In this document: in pieces, positions 50,701-64,000 of the stretch
Numbering within the stretch: position 1 is the first letter of the stretch
Layout of the letters: each line of letters begins with the position of its first letter
Assembly: GCA_012295275.1 (NCBI GenBank)
Contig: CM022671.1
Coordinates: 3,348,001-3,412,000, forward strand
Source: Chrysomallon squamiferum
Lineage: Eukaryota > Animalia > Mollusca
Direction of reading: 5' to 3'
DNA length: 64,000 bases
Notes under the pieces: generated by a model
Seen by the model: only the letters and a program-made list of their open reading frames with translations
Told to the model about the DNA's origin: nothing
Databases searched by the model: none
Position numbers and translations under genes: made by a program

Positions 50701-53699
50701 GACTATGTCTGTGGATATTTGCGTCTGTGTGTATGTGTGTGTTTGTGAACACTGTGGGTTGATAACTCAATATTTCTTTGTGCAAATACTAGCAACTTGC
50801 AGGCAGAAAGCAGTCACCAGGGTATTAAAAAAAGAAGAAAAACAGGACAGAGAATTAGATTAGGTAACTATCTCTGTGAAGATCTTTTCATGTTTTAAAG
50901 GTTAATCAGGAACGTATGAATTCTCGTTTGCACACAGTCTAGACACGACAGCCACGTTTGTTTTTTGACAGACTCCCATTTCCTACACAATTACAAACTG
51001 GCTTCTCAATTTGCAATAAACAAACAAACAAACAAATAAATAAATAAAAAGTATGACATCTTCTTTTAATCTCAGTTAATTGATGGGTTTTTTGTGGAGG
51101 GTTTTGGTGGTTGAGTTCCTTTAATATAAAACAATTTTGTTCTTTTTCTTCTTTCATTTTTCTTCTTCTTCTTCTTATTTTTTTTTTTAAATTCCACTCT
51201 TTGTTATTACTGTATACTAAAAACACACAACATATAAAAATGTCCTCATTTTTTTTTTTTAATTTCTGTTTTCACTCCCTTTCAGCACATGAATACAAAT
51301 AACTCTCAGTGGGATTTGGAACAGACCAAGAAGAACAAGTGTTTAAATTTACTAAAATGCTTCAATCTCCACAGCTGTATTAATCACTTAAACAGCTCGT
51401 TCAGCTTTTCTTAAATGTTCATTCAAGTCCTGCTCTGAAAAAATATATTTATAAATATTTATGTTTCTGTATTATTTGTCACATCACATTTCAAACAAAT
51501 CCTTTGAGATTAATTGTTTTCCAATATTCATACAAGTGTAATATATATAAATATTCATTTAAGCGAATATACATCAATATCAGTAAAGTCAGATGTACAT
51601 GAATGTTTTATCAGTTGACTACAATTAAGTTAAAGAATCTAATGTTAAACTACATTTACTACAATAAAATATTTGTTGCATTTTCCTTCGTTTTTAAGTA
51701 TGTATTGTAATCAACCTGAACAAAATTGTCTATGGCAGGGTGCCTATAAAAAACAACATTACAGCTAAGAATAAACTGTGCAGTGGTTATCAAAATTTTC
51801 TCTCTCATATCATCACTATTACCAAAACCCCCTCCCAAAATCAATCAATAAAAATAATAATAACAACCCCACATTATTAGTTTGACTTCTAATAACTGTG
51901 GTTTCATTGTAATGAAACTGAAAACACAAGGTTGAAAAATTAGGGATACAACAAAGTATACATACAACAAGCATGAAAACATGTTGTCAGTACATGATTA
52001 ATCAAAATGTCTGGCATAGGATATAAAAATTATCCACAGATCAGGTTAGAATATTTCAGTTATCAATTTACCTTGCACAGGATACATGTTATCAAATGTC
52101 CAATCACAGGATGAATGAGATATTGATAAACCATGCAAAGGATCCTTTGGTTACTGATACATCATACAAAGTAAACCAAACTACCAACATTCTCAGATTA
52201 AGAAATATAAGTTGTCAATACACCAAGCATAGGAAACATGAATTATGGATACAATGAGTACAGGATATAACACATAAATACTAAATTCACAGAATACGTA
52301 TTAGAGATTTAGTGAATATGGGACATAATGTATGTACACTGCACTCAGAGGGTGCAGGTTATGGATACAATGTGTATTTTATATACACACACACACATAT
52401 ATGAATGCATGGAACAGTAAACGTCACAGACACAATAAGTGTCTGATCAGGGAAGACTACTACAAGGATATAATTCAAGTAACAGAATATGACACTGTAA
52501 AGTGTTTTACACAAACTTGACAACAGTAATCACAGAGACTGTGTCTCACTTGTTGTCTTCACTGACTCTACTTACACACTGATCATCACAGCCCCACTTA
52601 TAGATCTGTCTTCCTAAAATACTCACAACTCTTCAGCTGAGACTACACAATGCTATTTAACTGAATGGCAGCATTTCACTTCCTCAAATACCACAGTCTG
52701 GACACCTTCCTCCAGTCTCTGATCATTTCACAGAAATAGATTTTTGACAATAACCAGAAATACCAAAATTTTTAGCATTTGAAATTAATTGGTAACAGGG
52801 TTTTCATTTTCATTTTTTTTTTTTTTTTACGAATTATTTATGAAGAAGTTTCCTGAAAGATTTTTGTGGCTAAAAATAATGAAGTTAGATTCATTTTTCT
52901 GTTTGAATAAAAAATTATTTTTGTGTTCTCTTATAAGAAATTAAAATTTTCCATTTTTAAAAGAATTATTTATATAATGGTTTACAGAATGATTTTTATG
53001 GTTAAAAATAATATTTAAAAAAAAGAAAAGACAAGGTTTAATTTTCTTTTTAAAAATTATTGACGGTTTGTGCTAATAATAAATAATACCGGATGAATAT
53101 TTATAAAATTTTCTTTTAAAATAAATTTGTTTTTGGTATGACAGTTCAAAAATTGAAAGTAGCTTCAATATAAAAAATCTAATCACTAAGACATGTACCG
53201 TGTTTCTAATACAGACAACATCAAACTCTATACAATTATGTGTCATTTAACACCTGTCTGTTCAGTTACATACAATTCCACAGCTCATGAAAACAATAAA
53301 AACACAACAGAATAAAAAAAAGAACCAAATATAATGGATGTAAGTGGCCTTAAAGTGAGCACACTCACACATGCATTACATGTACTTAGACAAAACAGAT
53401 GGTGCTGTCAAGTGTATAATGTAACTGTAAGTTTGTAATAGGTTCTGATAGATATAAGAAATGTCTTTGTTACTAGTTTGTGCTTTTTGGCTATTGCAGT
53501 GTTCAGTACAGTGCTTCCACTTTGATTTCCTTACTAAAAGTTTACAAACTGTGTAATAGTGAGTGTGTCTTGGTTTTGCCTTATTGGCAGTGCCAAAACT
53601 TCACCAACACCCAGTTTTGATTACCATTAAAAACTGTATATAGTATTTAACCGTCTTTTCATTTGATTTTAATAAGTTAACAAAGCTTTCAGACACAGA

Positions 53700-54350
53700 A
53701 TAAGTGGTAGCAGCAATAACAGATTTGATTTGCAGGACTTTTTAGCAGAAAACACAAAGACAACATGAGGCTGGAAAATCTGTGACTGGAATCAGACAGG
53801 ATTTCAGCAAGACACATTCTTCAGTCACAGTGATAATGAAAAACAAAGAACAGGCTCTTTAGCTGATAAAATGACTGGTTTCAATGAAGGCAACAACACT
53901 AATGAAGTTTTGAGAGGGGCTGTTATACAAATATTGAGTCTATGCTGATCACTGAGATTGAAGATCTTAATCCACAGCAAGTCCCACTCAGCAATCTAAT
54001 CATTGAGTAAAAAGTTTGAGATGTTGAAGAAGACGAAGCTGACTACAGCTGCCACCTCTGACTGTTTCAACAGCATCAGACATCACTGAAGGCTTCATCA
54101 AAGTGTGGATTCTGCAGCAGCAGCTCAACTGACCATTATCTTGAACAAGTCAATACAAATTTAAATTTAAAAATATAGATGAAACCTCTTTGTACTGAAA
54201 AATCACATATACACAAATAGACAAACTGGTGGCAGGCTTAAGACATTCAAAGACTTATTGACTGTGAGGTTTGTAGGAAGGTGGGTAGTGTACTGGATTC
54301 AAGTTGAAAGCTTTTTTATTTATACAATTAAATGTGGTTCATTAGAGGCT
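53700..54350 (+). mobile_element. Decayed Tigger/pogo-family DNA transposon (transposase relic)
   Basis: Fragments read across frames: GKSVTGI, SMKATTLMKF*EG, ESMLITEIEDLNPQQVPLSNLII (CENP-B-type HTH), NIDETSLY*K (first Asp motif of the catalytic domain), FKDLLTV, GFKLKAF. They are colinear with recalled Tigger1/TIGD1 transposase and carry many stops and frameshifts. Confidence 0.75.
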
Positions 54351-55379
54351 AGATATTTTTTCATTGAAAAAAAACAAAAAACAAACCCTTCGTACTAAAA
54401 TATTTTTAAAAACTCAGAAACATGACAAATGATTATGGTTCATTAGCTATTTTGGTTGATTCAGTAATCAATACTTGTTAAAAATGTACAGAACAGATTC
54501 ATATCTTTCTACCATTAAACAGTTGTTCAAAAAAATACAACACACATTTACTTCCGCATTTTGTAAACATCAAAGTGTATAAAAATATTATTACTTACTT
54601 AATTAAATAATATATGAAAACGTATATGTACTGATCCACCTCTCATACTAAGCACTAACAATACACAGAATATATCTTTACCTTCAAAACATGGTTCATT
54701 ACATCTTTTGCTTTCAAAGTAAAATAATACAACCTATGACAAAACAAATCGATGGATCCCTTAAACTGACTGACACATGTTAACAAGCAGCAACTTATAC
54801 GCTGCACAGCCATGTCATTTGTTTCATCGATGCTGTGCGACGATGTCGGCTTGTTTATGATGATGGTGTTGAAGTGCACAACACTGTCATTACATCGTCA
54901 AACGATGCAAGCAAGAAATCACAACTGTCAAATTAATTGTTGTTTTGTCGTCTGCATTGATCTGCCGGGCTATCAGGTTCATCTAGTGAATATTGCTTTT
55001 GAAAAAAAAAAAAAACAAGACTTTACTGTTCATCACCATTTATTCGGGTTCAGTTTTATACAGTACTGCTTTATTCTGTGAGTGCAAGAAATGTAATAAA
55101 TGTAACAGATTCAGACAAATAGATATTTGTAGTAGATTCAAACTGACAATTAGATATTTGTAGTAGATTCATATAATTACATATTTGTAGTAGATTCAGA
55201 CAATTAGATGTTTGTGGTAGATTCAGACAATTAGATGTTTGTAGTTAATTCAGACTACTGGATATTTGTAGAAGATTTAGATGTGTATATGCAATATGAT
55301 TCAGACAATTTAATATTTGCAACAAGGTTCAATCAGATGCCTGTAATATGGTCAAACATTTTCATTGAGTTCAAGCAGA

Positions 55380-58110
55380 CTGATGTTTGTAGTAGTTCTG
55401 ACAGTTTAATGTTTGTAAAAGGTCCCAACAGTTAGATATCTGTAGTAAGTTCTGACAGCTTGATGTTTGTAGTAGGTTCTGACAGCTTGATGTTTGTAAT
55501 AGGTTCACTTAGATGTTTGTAGTAGGTTCTGACAGCTTGATGTTTGTAGTAGGTTCACTTAGATGTTTGTAGTAGGTTCTGACAGCTTGATGTTTGTAGT
55601 AGGTTCACTTAGATGTTTGTAGTAGGTTCTGACAGCTTGATGTTTGTAGTAGGTTCACTCAGATGTTTGTAGTAGGTTCTGACAGCTTGATGTTTGTAGT
55701 AGGTTCTGACAGCTTGATGTTTGTAGTAGGTTCTGACACTTAGATGTTTGTAGTAGGTTCTGACAGCTTGATGTTTGTAGTAGGTTCACTCAGATGTTTG
55801 TAGTAGGTTCTGACAGCTTGATTGTAGTAGGTTCACTCAGATGTTTGTAGTAGGTTCTGACAGCTTGATGTTTGTAGTAGGTTCACTTAGATGTTTGTAG
55901 TAGGTTCACTCAGATGTTTGTAGTAGGTTCTGACAGCTTGATGTTTGTAGTAGGTTCACTCAGATGTTTGTAGTAGGTTCTGACAGCTTGATGTTTGTAG
56001 TAGGTTCACTTAGATGTTTGTAGTAGGTTCACTCAGATGTTTGTAGTAGGTTCTGACAGCTTGATGTTTGTAGTAGGTTCACTTAGATGTTTGTAGTAGG
56101 TTCACTCAGATGTTTGTAGTAGTTTCTGACAGCTTGATGTTTGTAGTAGGTTCACTCAGATGTTTGTAGTAGTTTCTGACAGCTTGATGTTTGTAGTAGG
56201 TTCACTTAGATGTTTGTAGTAGGTTCTGACAGCTTGATGTTTGTAGTAGGTTCACTCAGATGTTTGTAGTAGGTTCTGACAGCTTGATGTTTGTAGTAGG
56301 TTCACTCAGATGTTTGTAGTAGGTTCTGACAGCTTGATGTTTGTAGTAGGTTCACTCAGATGTTTGTAGTAGGTTCTGACAGCTTGATGTTTGTAGTAGG
56401 TTCTGACAGCTTGATGTTTGTAGTAGGTCACTTAGATGTTTGTAGTAGGTTCTGACAGCTTGATGTTTGTAGTAGGTTCACTCAGATGTTTGTAGTAGGT
56501 TCTGACAGCTTGATGTTTGTAGTAGGTTCACTCAGATGTTTGTAGTAGGTTCTGACAGCTTGATGTTTGTAGTAGGTTCACTTAGATGTTTGTAGTAGGT
56601 TCACTCAGATGTTTGTAGTAGGTTCTGACAGCTTGATGTTTGTAGTAGGTTCACTCAGATGTTTGTAGTAGGTTCTGACAGCTTGATGTTTGTAGTAGGT
56701 TCACTTAGATGTTTGTAGTAGGTTCACTCAGATGTTTGTAGTAGGTTCTGACAGCTTGATGTTTGTAGTAGGTTCACTTAGATGTTTGTAGTAGGTTCAC
56801 TCAGATGTTTGTAGTAGTTTTCTGACAGCTTGATGTTTGTAGTAGGTTCACTCAGATGTTTGTAGTAGTTTCTGACAGCTTGATGTTTGTAGTAGGTTCA
56901 CTCAGATGTTTGTAGTAGGTTCTGACAGCTTGATGTTTGTAGTAGGTTCACTCAGATGTTTGTAGTAGGTTCTGACAGCTTGATGTTTGTAGTAGGTTCA
57001 CTCAGATGTTTGTAGTAGGTTCTGACAGCTTGATGTTTGTAGTAGGTTCACTCAGATGTTTGTAGTAGGTTCTGACAGCTTGATGTTTGTAGTAGGTTCA
57101 CTCAGATGTTTGTAGTAGGTTCTGACAGCTTGATGTTTGTAGTAGGTTCACTCAGATGTTTGTAGTAGGTTCTGACAGCTTGATGTTTGTAGTAGGTTCA
57201 CTTAGATGTTTGTAGTAGGTTCACTCAGATGTTTGTAGTAGGTTCTGACAGCTTGATGTTTGTAGTAGGTTCACTCAGATGTTTGTAGTAGGTTCTGACA
57301 GCTTGATGTTTGTAGTAGGTTCACTTAGATGTTTGTAGTAGGTTCACTCAGATGTTTGTAGTAGGTTCTGACAGCTTGATGTTTGTAGTAGGTTCACTTA
57401 GATGTTTGTAGTAGGTTCACTCAGATGTTTGTAGTAGTTTCTGACAGCTTGATGTTTGTAGTAGGTTCACTCAGATGTTTGTAGTAGTTTCTGACAGCTT
57501 GATGTTTGTAGTAGGTTCACTCAGATGTTTGTAGTAGGTTCTGACAGCTTGATGTTTGTAGTAGGTTCACTTAGATGTTTGTAGTAGGTTCTGACAGCTT
57601 GATGTTTGTAGTAGGTTCACTCAGATGTTTGTAGTAGGTTCTGACAGCTTGATGTTTGTAGTAGTTCACTCAGATGTTTGTAGTAGGTTCTGACAGCTTG
57701 ATGTTTGTAGTAGGTTCACTCAGATGTTTGATGTTTGTAGTAGGTTCACTCAGATGTTTGTAGTAGGTTCTGACAGCTTGATGTTTGTAGTAGGTTCACT
57801 CAGATGTTTGTAGTAGGTTCTGACAGCTTGATGTTTGTAGTAGGTTCACTCAGATGTTTGTAGTAGGTTCTGACAGCTTGATGTTTGTAGTAGGTTCACT
57901 CAGATGTTTGTAGTAGGTTCTGACAGCTTGATGTTTGTAGTAGGTTCTGACAGCTTGATGTTTGTAGTAGGTTCACTTAGATGTTTGTAGTAGGTTCTGA
58001 CAGCTTGATGTTTGTAGTAGGTTCACTCAGATGTTCTGACAGCTTGTTGTTTGTAATAGGTTCAGACAGCTTGTTCTTTGTAGTAGATTCTGACAGTTTG
58101 TAAAGTGTTC
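55380..58110. repeat. Two-monomer minisatellite: 27-bp GATGTTTGTAGTAGGTTCTGACAGCTT and 23-bp GATGTTTGTAGTAGGTTCACT(C/T)A
   Basis: About 2.7 kb of near-identical alternating units; degenerate copies extend left to ~55100. Confidence 0.98.
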
Positions 58111-58799
58111 AGACAATCAGTGACTCACTGTGAGAAGTTGTTGACACACACATTATTTTTTTATATTCAGTAAGGAGAACTGTATGAATCTCTCACTAAA
58201 TGCTGTTACATAAACTTGACTAGTGTGTGTCTGAATTTCATTTACTGTAATCCCCAAGTTCACACAAGACTTAACAAAGATGCAATAACTAAATGAAGAT
58301 ATGTAAATGGAGCATTACAATGTTTATTTATTGATTAATGGATTACGCAGAGGAATGCTGAGATACAACGATTGTCTATTATTCCTTGTATCTTTTCTAC
58401 CGGCTCATTCAGAATGATACAAAACCCAGACCATTGTTCTTTAAACGGTATCTGTCTTTTGTCTAAATTTTTTTCATGTTCTTCTATATCTCTTTGTTAA
58501 CTTAGCATTCAAATTCTTTCATCCATAACTCTAATTTAGTCAATAAATACTCTAAAAAAAAGCTATCAAACATCATTTCTCTGTTTTGCATATCCTGTTT
58601 TCTAATACTTCCCTGTTTGGAATGAGGACATCCTGTCTTGCAATGTTGCTACACTGTGTGACCTCATTAACCTAATCAGGATAAACTGATTAACCTGGTC
58701 TCTAACTCTGTTACACTTGACTGACCGAGTTATGTCAGGTGAATCTTTCTCAATCAGAACAAAACCCCAATATTACTGCATACAGCCATTGTTCACACA

Positions 58800-60250
58800 C
58801 TAGTATTTAACTTACTGTCTGTTTCAGTTTTCAGTCCATAATGTTTTACTAACACTGCCTTTCCTGGACCAATGATCCAACTAAAAACAGAAGAGCAAGA
58901 GCAAGAAGAAGAAGAAGAAGAAGAAGAAGAAAGAGGAATGCAGGATTTGGATTCAGACATTTATCACACATTAATGTTTAGGTTGATACTGGCTATTTTT
59001 CAAAATGTCGGTCAGATTTTAGTCAAAGACTTTTCACTAATACTGCCTTTATCAGTCAAAGGATTGAACAAAAACAAACACCCCCCCCCAAAAAAAAAAG
59101 AAGAAAAAAGTGGGAAATGCAGATTTGGATACTGACAATAACATTTTACTAATACTGCCTTTATTGGACAAATGATAAAACCAAAGACAAACAAAATAAA
59201 AAAATAAGAATGCATTAATATTTAATTTAACACCAGCTATTATTCTTTTTTTTTTTTTTACTAATATTGCCTTTCTTGAACAAGTGATAACCCATCACTC
59301 CTCCCAGAAAAACAAACAAAATAAAAACAATAAACAAAAAATACAAAACAATAAAACAAACAAACAAACAATCAAACAACAAAACAAAACAAACACACAC
59401 TAATATCTTTTACAAATATTTAACTTACTGTTAGCTAAAGTACTCTTTGTTTTCAAAAGACAATTTCCGATCAATACTATTTGACTAATGCCACCTTTAT
59501 CTAAATCCACTGATGTAAAAAGAAGAAATGAAAAGGATTGTTATGGCAGAGTCATTATTCATACATTAATGCTGGCTGGAGTCTATTTCTTAAAGAGATT
59601 TTTCAATCGGTGATGTTTACTAATACCATCTTTATCTGACTCCGCTGAAGTGAAGAAGAAAAAGAAGAATAAGAAGATGTGGTTATTGTTGTGTGCTATT
59701 AATCACACATTAATATTTAACTTAATCCTGGATAAGAGAAAGTCTTTGTCAGTTGTGGTTCAGTTATATTTCATTTTCAAAGTAATGCCATGTCAAACTG
59801 TAAACTGAGCTCTGTCAAATGCTGGGGAAAAAAAAAATAATAATAAAAAAAAAAAAAAAAATAAAAAAAAATTAAAAAAAAATAAAAAAAATAATAATAA
59901 AAAATAAATAAATAAAAATAATAAATAAATAAATAAATAAATAAATAAAAATAAAAAATAAATAATAAAACTTAAAAGAATACATAAAATCAAATTAAAA
60001 ATGAGAAAACTTTCTTGTCCATTAATATTTATTGTCAAAGTTACTGTTTGTTTCTAAAATATTTTTGAATCAATGTTAATTTTTACTAATTACTGCAGTA
60101 ATGGCACTGAGAAAAAAGGAAAAAAGAAAAGAAAAAAGATGTCAAAGCAATTAATATTTCAATTGGATTTATTGTTTCTTTTTTACAGAAAATATTTAAT
60201 ACAGACATTTTACTATAAATAAAAAGTCTTTATTTGTATCTACTGATGCC
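58800..60250. repeat. Old irregular repeat with core TTTACTAATACTGCCTT followed by A-rich tracts
   Basis: Core recurs near 58845, 59035, 59146, 59258, 59484, 59617 and 60082. Confidence 0.6.
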
Positions 60251-61509
60251 ATGATAAAGAACAAAAAACATTACTGTTGTTCTTTATATATTAATATGTA
60301 ACTCAGTTTAGCTTGGAAATATTTAAACAAATACAATCTTTATTTGTATCTTTTTGTTTTAAATTAACATCATCTTTACAAGTACTTAAACTGGCTAAAG
60401 TCAACACTTCAGTGAGACTATTTTTAAAGCAGCTGTTCAAGGTCTTTTCTTAAAAAGTAGGCCAACTTAATTAAATATTTGTTTAATTAAAGAATTCCAT
60501 TGTTTCAGTTCTGTGCTGTGTGATTGTTTCAGAGCCAAACAAGCTTGTTCAGAACTCATCCTGTTTTCTTTCTACATTCAGAAATCAGCTCTTTGTGGTA
60601 GGTAGGGTCTAGTATTTTGTTCGATAAATTAATTTTTTCTTATTACTTGTTTTTTATTTATGAAAATGATAAATAAATGAGAAATCATGATGGTTTTAGG
60701 CTGAAAATATGGTTAGATTTTTGTAGAGGTAGTTGAACAATTATGTAATTTTCACTTTCACTAAATGTAAACATAACAGGCATGAAATATTTCCACCCAA
60801 AATTTATTTTGAAATGTTAAATACAAAATTGACTGTTTGATAGTAAATCCAGTGTGAATTTTAAAGAATGTAATTTTGAAATGGATTTAAATTATATTTA
60901 GTTTTATGAACTGGATTCATGAACAAATAAGAATTATAAGAAATTTAACTGGTCAAGATCAAGATAAATTTTAAATTTAAAAAACAAATCTTAGCACAAG
61001 GTACAGTGGGTTCCAATGTAGCACTTAAATACTAGTATTCCTACATTTCTTATCTGAAGAAAGAACCCTGGTTTTCAAAAGGACAAAGATATTTTATTGT
61101 ATGTGTATAAATTCTTGTGACCCTATACAACAAAGCAGTGTTAAAAAACCCCCAAAATCAGTAAGAAAAAACTGTTTTTACATTTATTTTTTTTAATCAC
61201 TAGTTTCACTAAACACAGCTGCTGTTTATTTTATTTGAAATTTTTTGTTGTTGTCGCTTGTAATTTTATTTTCACTAAACACAGCTGCTGTTTATTTTAT
61301 TTGAAATTTTTTGTTGTTACTATAAAAAATAAAATATAAAAAATATATAAATAAATAAAATGAATAATAAACAATCATTCTTTTTTTAAAAAGATGTAAA
61401 TAAATATTTGAATATTTAATTATTAACAAACTTGCTTTGTTTTTTTATTTTTTTTATAATTTTTTTTATGCTGTTTTGTTATTGTTACAAATATCTTTTA
61501 CTTTATTAC

Positions 61510-61511
61510 AA

Positions 61512-61566
<55 letters not shown>

Positions 61567-61588
61567 ATGAATAAATAAATAAATAAAT
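61510..61588. repeat. (AAAT)n microsatellite
   Basis: Read directly. Confidence 0.95.
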
Positions 61589-61695
61589 GAGGAAAATACA
61601 TACTGTGTCATTATTAACCAACTGGTCTGGCTGATTTTTAATATCATTATTAGTAAGAATGGGAAAAGAAAGAGAAAGAGAGAGAGAGACACAAA

Positions 61696-61730
<35 letters not shown>

Positions 61731-62515
61731 ATTAATTAATTAATCAAAAAAAAAAGAAAAATAAAACAGAACTGAGAAGAACTTTCTAAATCTCTTTCCA
61801 GCATGAGTAGAAACCATAAAGAAGTAAGACAGATTATACTGGCATAAAAAACTGAAATAAAATCAGGAACCAAGAGCAGAAAAACACAATAAAAATGTCA
61901 GATATCCTGAGCTTTACTTCCTCGGGTTAGAAACAGCAATCTTCTCACAGATAAAACAGCCATTTGAATAAACAAAAAACATAGCTTAAACATTAACGGT
62001 TACTGCAAATAAAAAACTAATTATTGCTTTTTAATGAAGCTGAACTTTAAAAGGGCAGTAAAAGGATTAAACCCACTATGAACTAAAGATCAGAAAGAGA
62101 ATTTATGTTACATTTCAATACTAAAAGGAAATAATGCTTTTATTAAAAGACTTAGGTAAAGTAATTAATTTTCATTTAATGTGTTTTGACATTGTGTTTC
62201 CTTAATTAATTTAAGACTAATCTTTCCACAGAAAAGTTTAATATGATGAATGCAGGATTATTACCCAGTTAAAACTGTAATCAACAATTTAATTAATTTA
62301 TTTAACTAATAAACCAACCCAGCTCATCATATAAATCCCTAAACAGAATTATCTAAAGTAAATTTAAAACACACACACTTACTTACACATATAAACACTC
62401 TGAACACACACGTACTCAGTTATCTACACATAGCAAACACAGGTTTAATACATACAACAACCACACTGTATATATAAACATGTACATACATATACAAATA
62501 TATAGACAATATATA

Positions 62516-62550
<35 letters not shown>

Positions 62551-63021
62551 CACATATATTCATATGCAAATACAAACATAAAAATACACACTATCACATA
62601 CACACACAGAGTATATACACATACCTACATACAGACTTTCATGACACAAAAGGCATAAAACAAGAGACATGATAAATTTAACAGTTACAAATTAATATTA
62701 TAAAACAATATATTGACTTATTACATCAAGGCACAAACAAACCAAACAAAAACGTTTAATTAGAATTATTATTTAAATGTTATATCTCATGTTATTCACC
62801 ATGTGCTTGCTGTCTAGATATCTTGTATAGATCAGTGTATCCAAAATAATAACTAAGAGAACATTTAACAAAACCTTGGCACATCATATCAAATGCTATG
62901 ACATACACTTTTGTGTTTAGGGGAAGGTGCATTTCAGAATTACTTTTCTGCTAATGTAAAAATGAAAAATCACTGCTAAGTTTGTGATCTGAAAAATCAC
63001 ACATGCAAGCATGCATGCACA

Positions 63022-63067
63022 ACACACACACACACACATGCACACACACACACACACACACACACAT

Positions 63068-63101
<34 letters not shown>
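63022..63101. repeat. Interrupted (AC)n microsatellite
   Basis: Read directly. Confidence 0.95.
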
Positions 63102-63104
<3 letters not shown>

Positions 63105-64000
63105 GCAATATAACCACTGATTAAAATGGAATGTAATTGGGTTAAAATAAACAAAACAACACCAAAATTTCATCTCAAGAATTTATTAAAATTTTTAAAT
63201 TATTTTTAAATAACAATTAACATATTATCATATTCATTATACATTTCTTTTATCACATTAATATTGTGAAAGATTAATATGGCAAGACACAAAAATATTT
63301 TTTTTGTTAAGAAAAAAATCAAACTTTGGTTAATCATAAAAATATTCATCTTAATGAATATAAAAGTGAGTTATTTTTATTAAAGTATACTAAAGTTTGC
63401 ACCAAAATACTATATAGAATGCATACTTCTAAGTGGCTGTTTAATCTGACTAGTACCCAACCTTTACTAAAAATAAACTATATTTCATTTGGTGTATAAA
63501 AAAATGTGTTTATAAATGACCTAAGGTACACTTTAAGATTGAAAAAAAATACAAATTTAGATCTTTTAAATGGTTAATGGTATATATATGTTTAATTAGG
63601 CACCTGTTAGTAAAATAAATAAATTACATGTTAATTTTCTCACTGATCAGTATTTACACATGAAATGCATTTCTAATTTTCTAAAACATTTCTTACATTC
63701 AGCAATGGATTGTTAAGGAATGTATTCATCAGGCTTACTTTCTGTCTGTCAATGTATATGTGTGTCTGTGTGTGTGAGTGTGAGAGAGTGAGAGTGTGTT
63801 TGGGATAAAGAATAAAAATATGTGAAACAATAACAATCAGTTAATTATATTTTAAATATTAATGACTTTCTCTATAAAAAAAAAAAAAATAATAATAATA
63901 ATAATAATAAATATAAATGAAAATACAAATATGAGCAAACTAGTAAGTTATTTAAGAGTTAATTATCCAGTATTTTTCTCTGATAACCAAAACAGATCAA

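Noticed and set aside
55380-58110. CRISPR-like look (constant head with variable tail), or a coding repeat (monomer A reads KLSEPTTNI on minus)
   Set aside because: The tails are only two or three recurring 5-9-bp variants rather than unique spacers, there are no cas genes and the context is eukaryotic. The 23-bp monomer breaks the frame and adds stops.
61204-61318. 49-bp direct repeat at 66-bp spacing
   Set aside because: Simple local duplication in AT-rich non-coding DNA, with no element hallmarks.

Overview
AT-rich animal genomic DNA, probably a gastropod mollusc (inferred from the G-alpha-i N-terminus [21 protein letters not shown]). Three spliced genes are visible. (1) Minus strand: a ZNF292/RLF/ZNF654-family zinc-finger gene with ATG at 16924, six small exons and a giant exon starting at 10238. 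Its frame stops at 3027, but coding-like sequence continues in the +1 frame for about 1,020 more codons (AT-hook, a twice-repeated KSLR-x7-FTWD motif) to the window edge. (2) Plus strand: a complete 8-exon G-alpha-i gene (20032-29070, 354 aa), head-to-head with gene 1 across a CpG-rich interval containing a hAT-like MITE. (3) Minus strand: the 3' exons of GTF3C1 (35530-39277) with a candidate 15-nt microexon. The remaining ~25 kb has no recognisable exon and holds many minisatellites, a two-monomer 2.7-kb satellite and a decayed Tigger/pogo transposase. The most notable signal is the frame break at ~3027-3094. It could be an assembly indel, a short frame-switching intron or ribosomal frameshifting; the sequence alone cannot decide.
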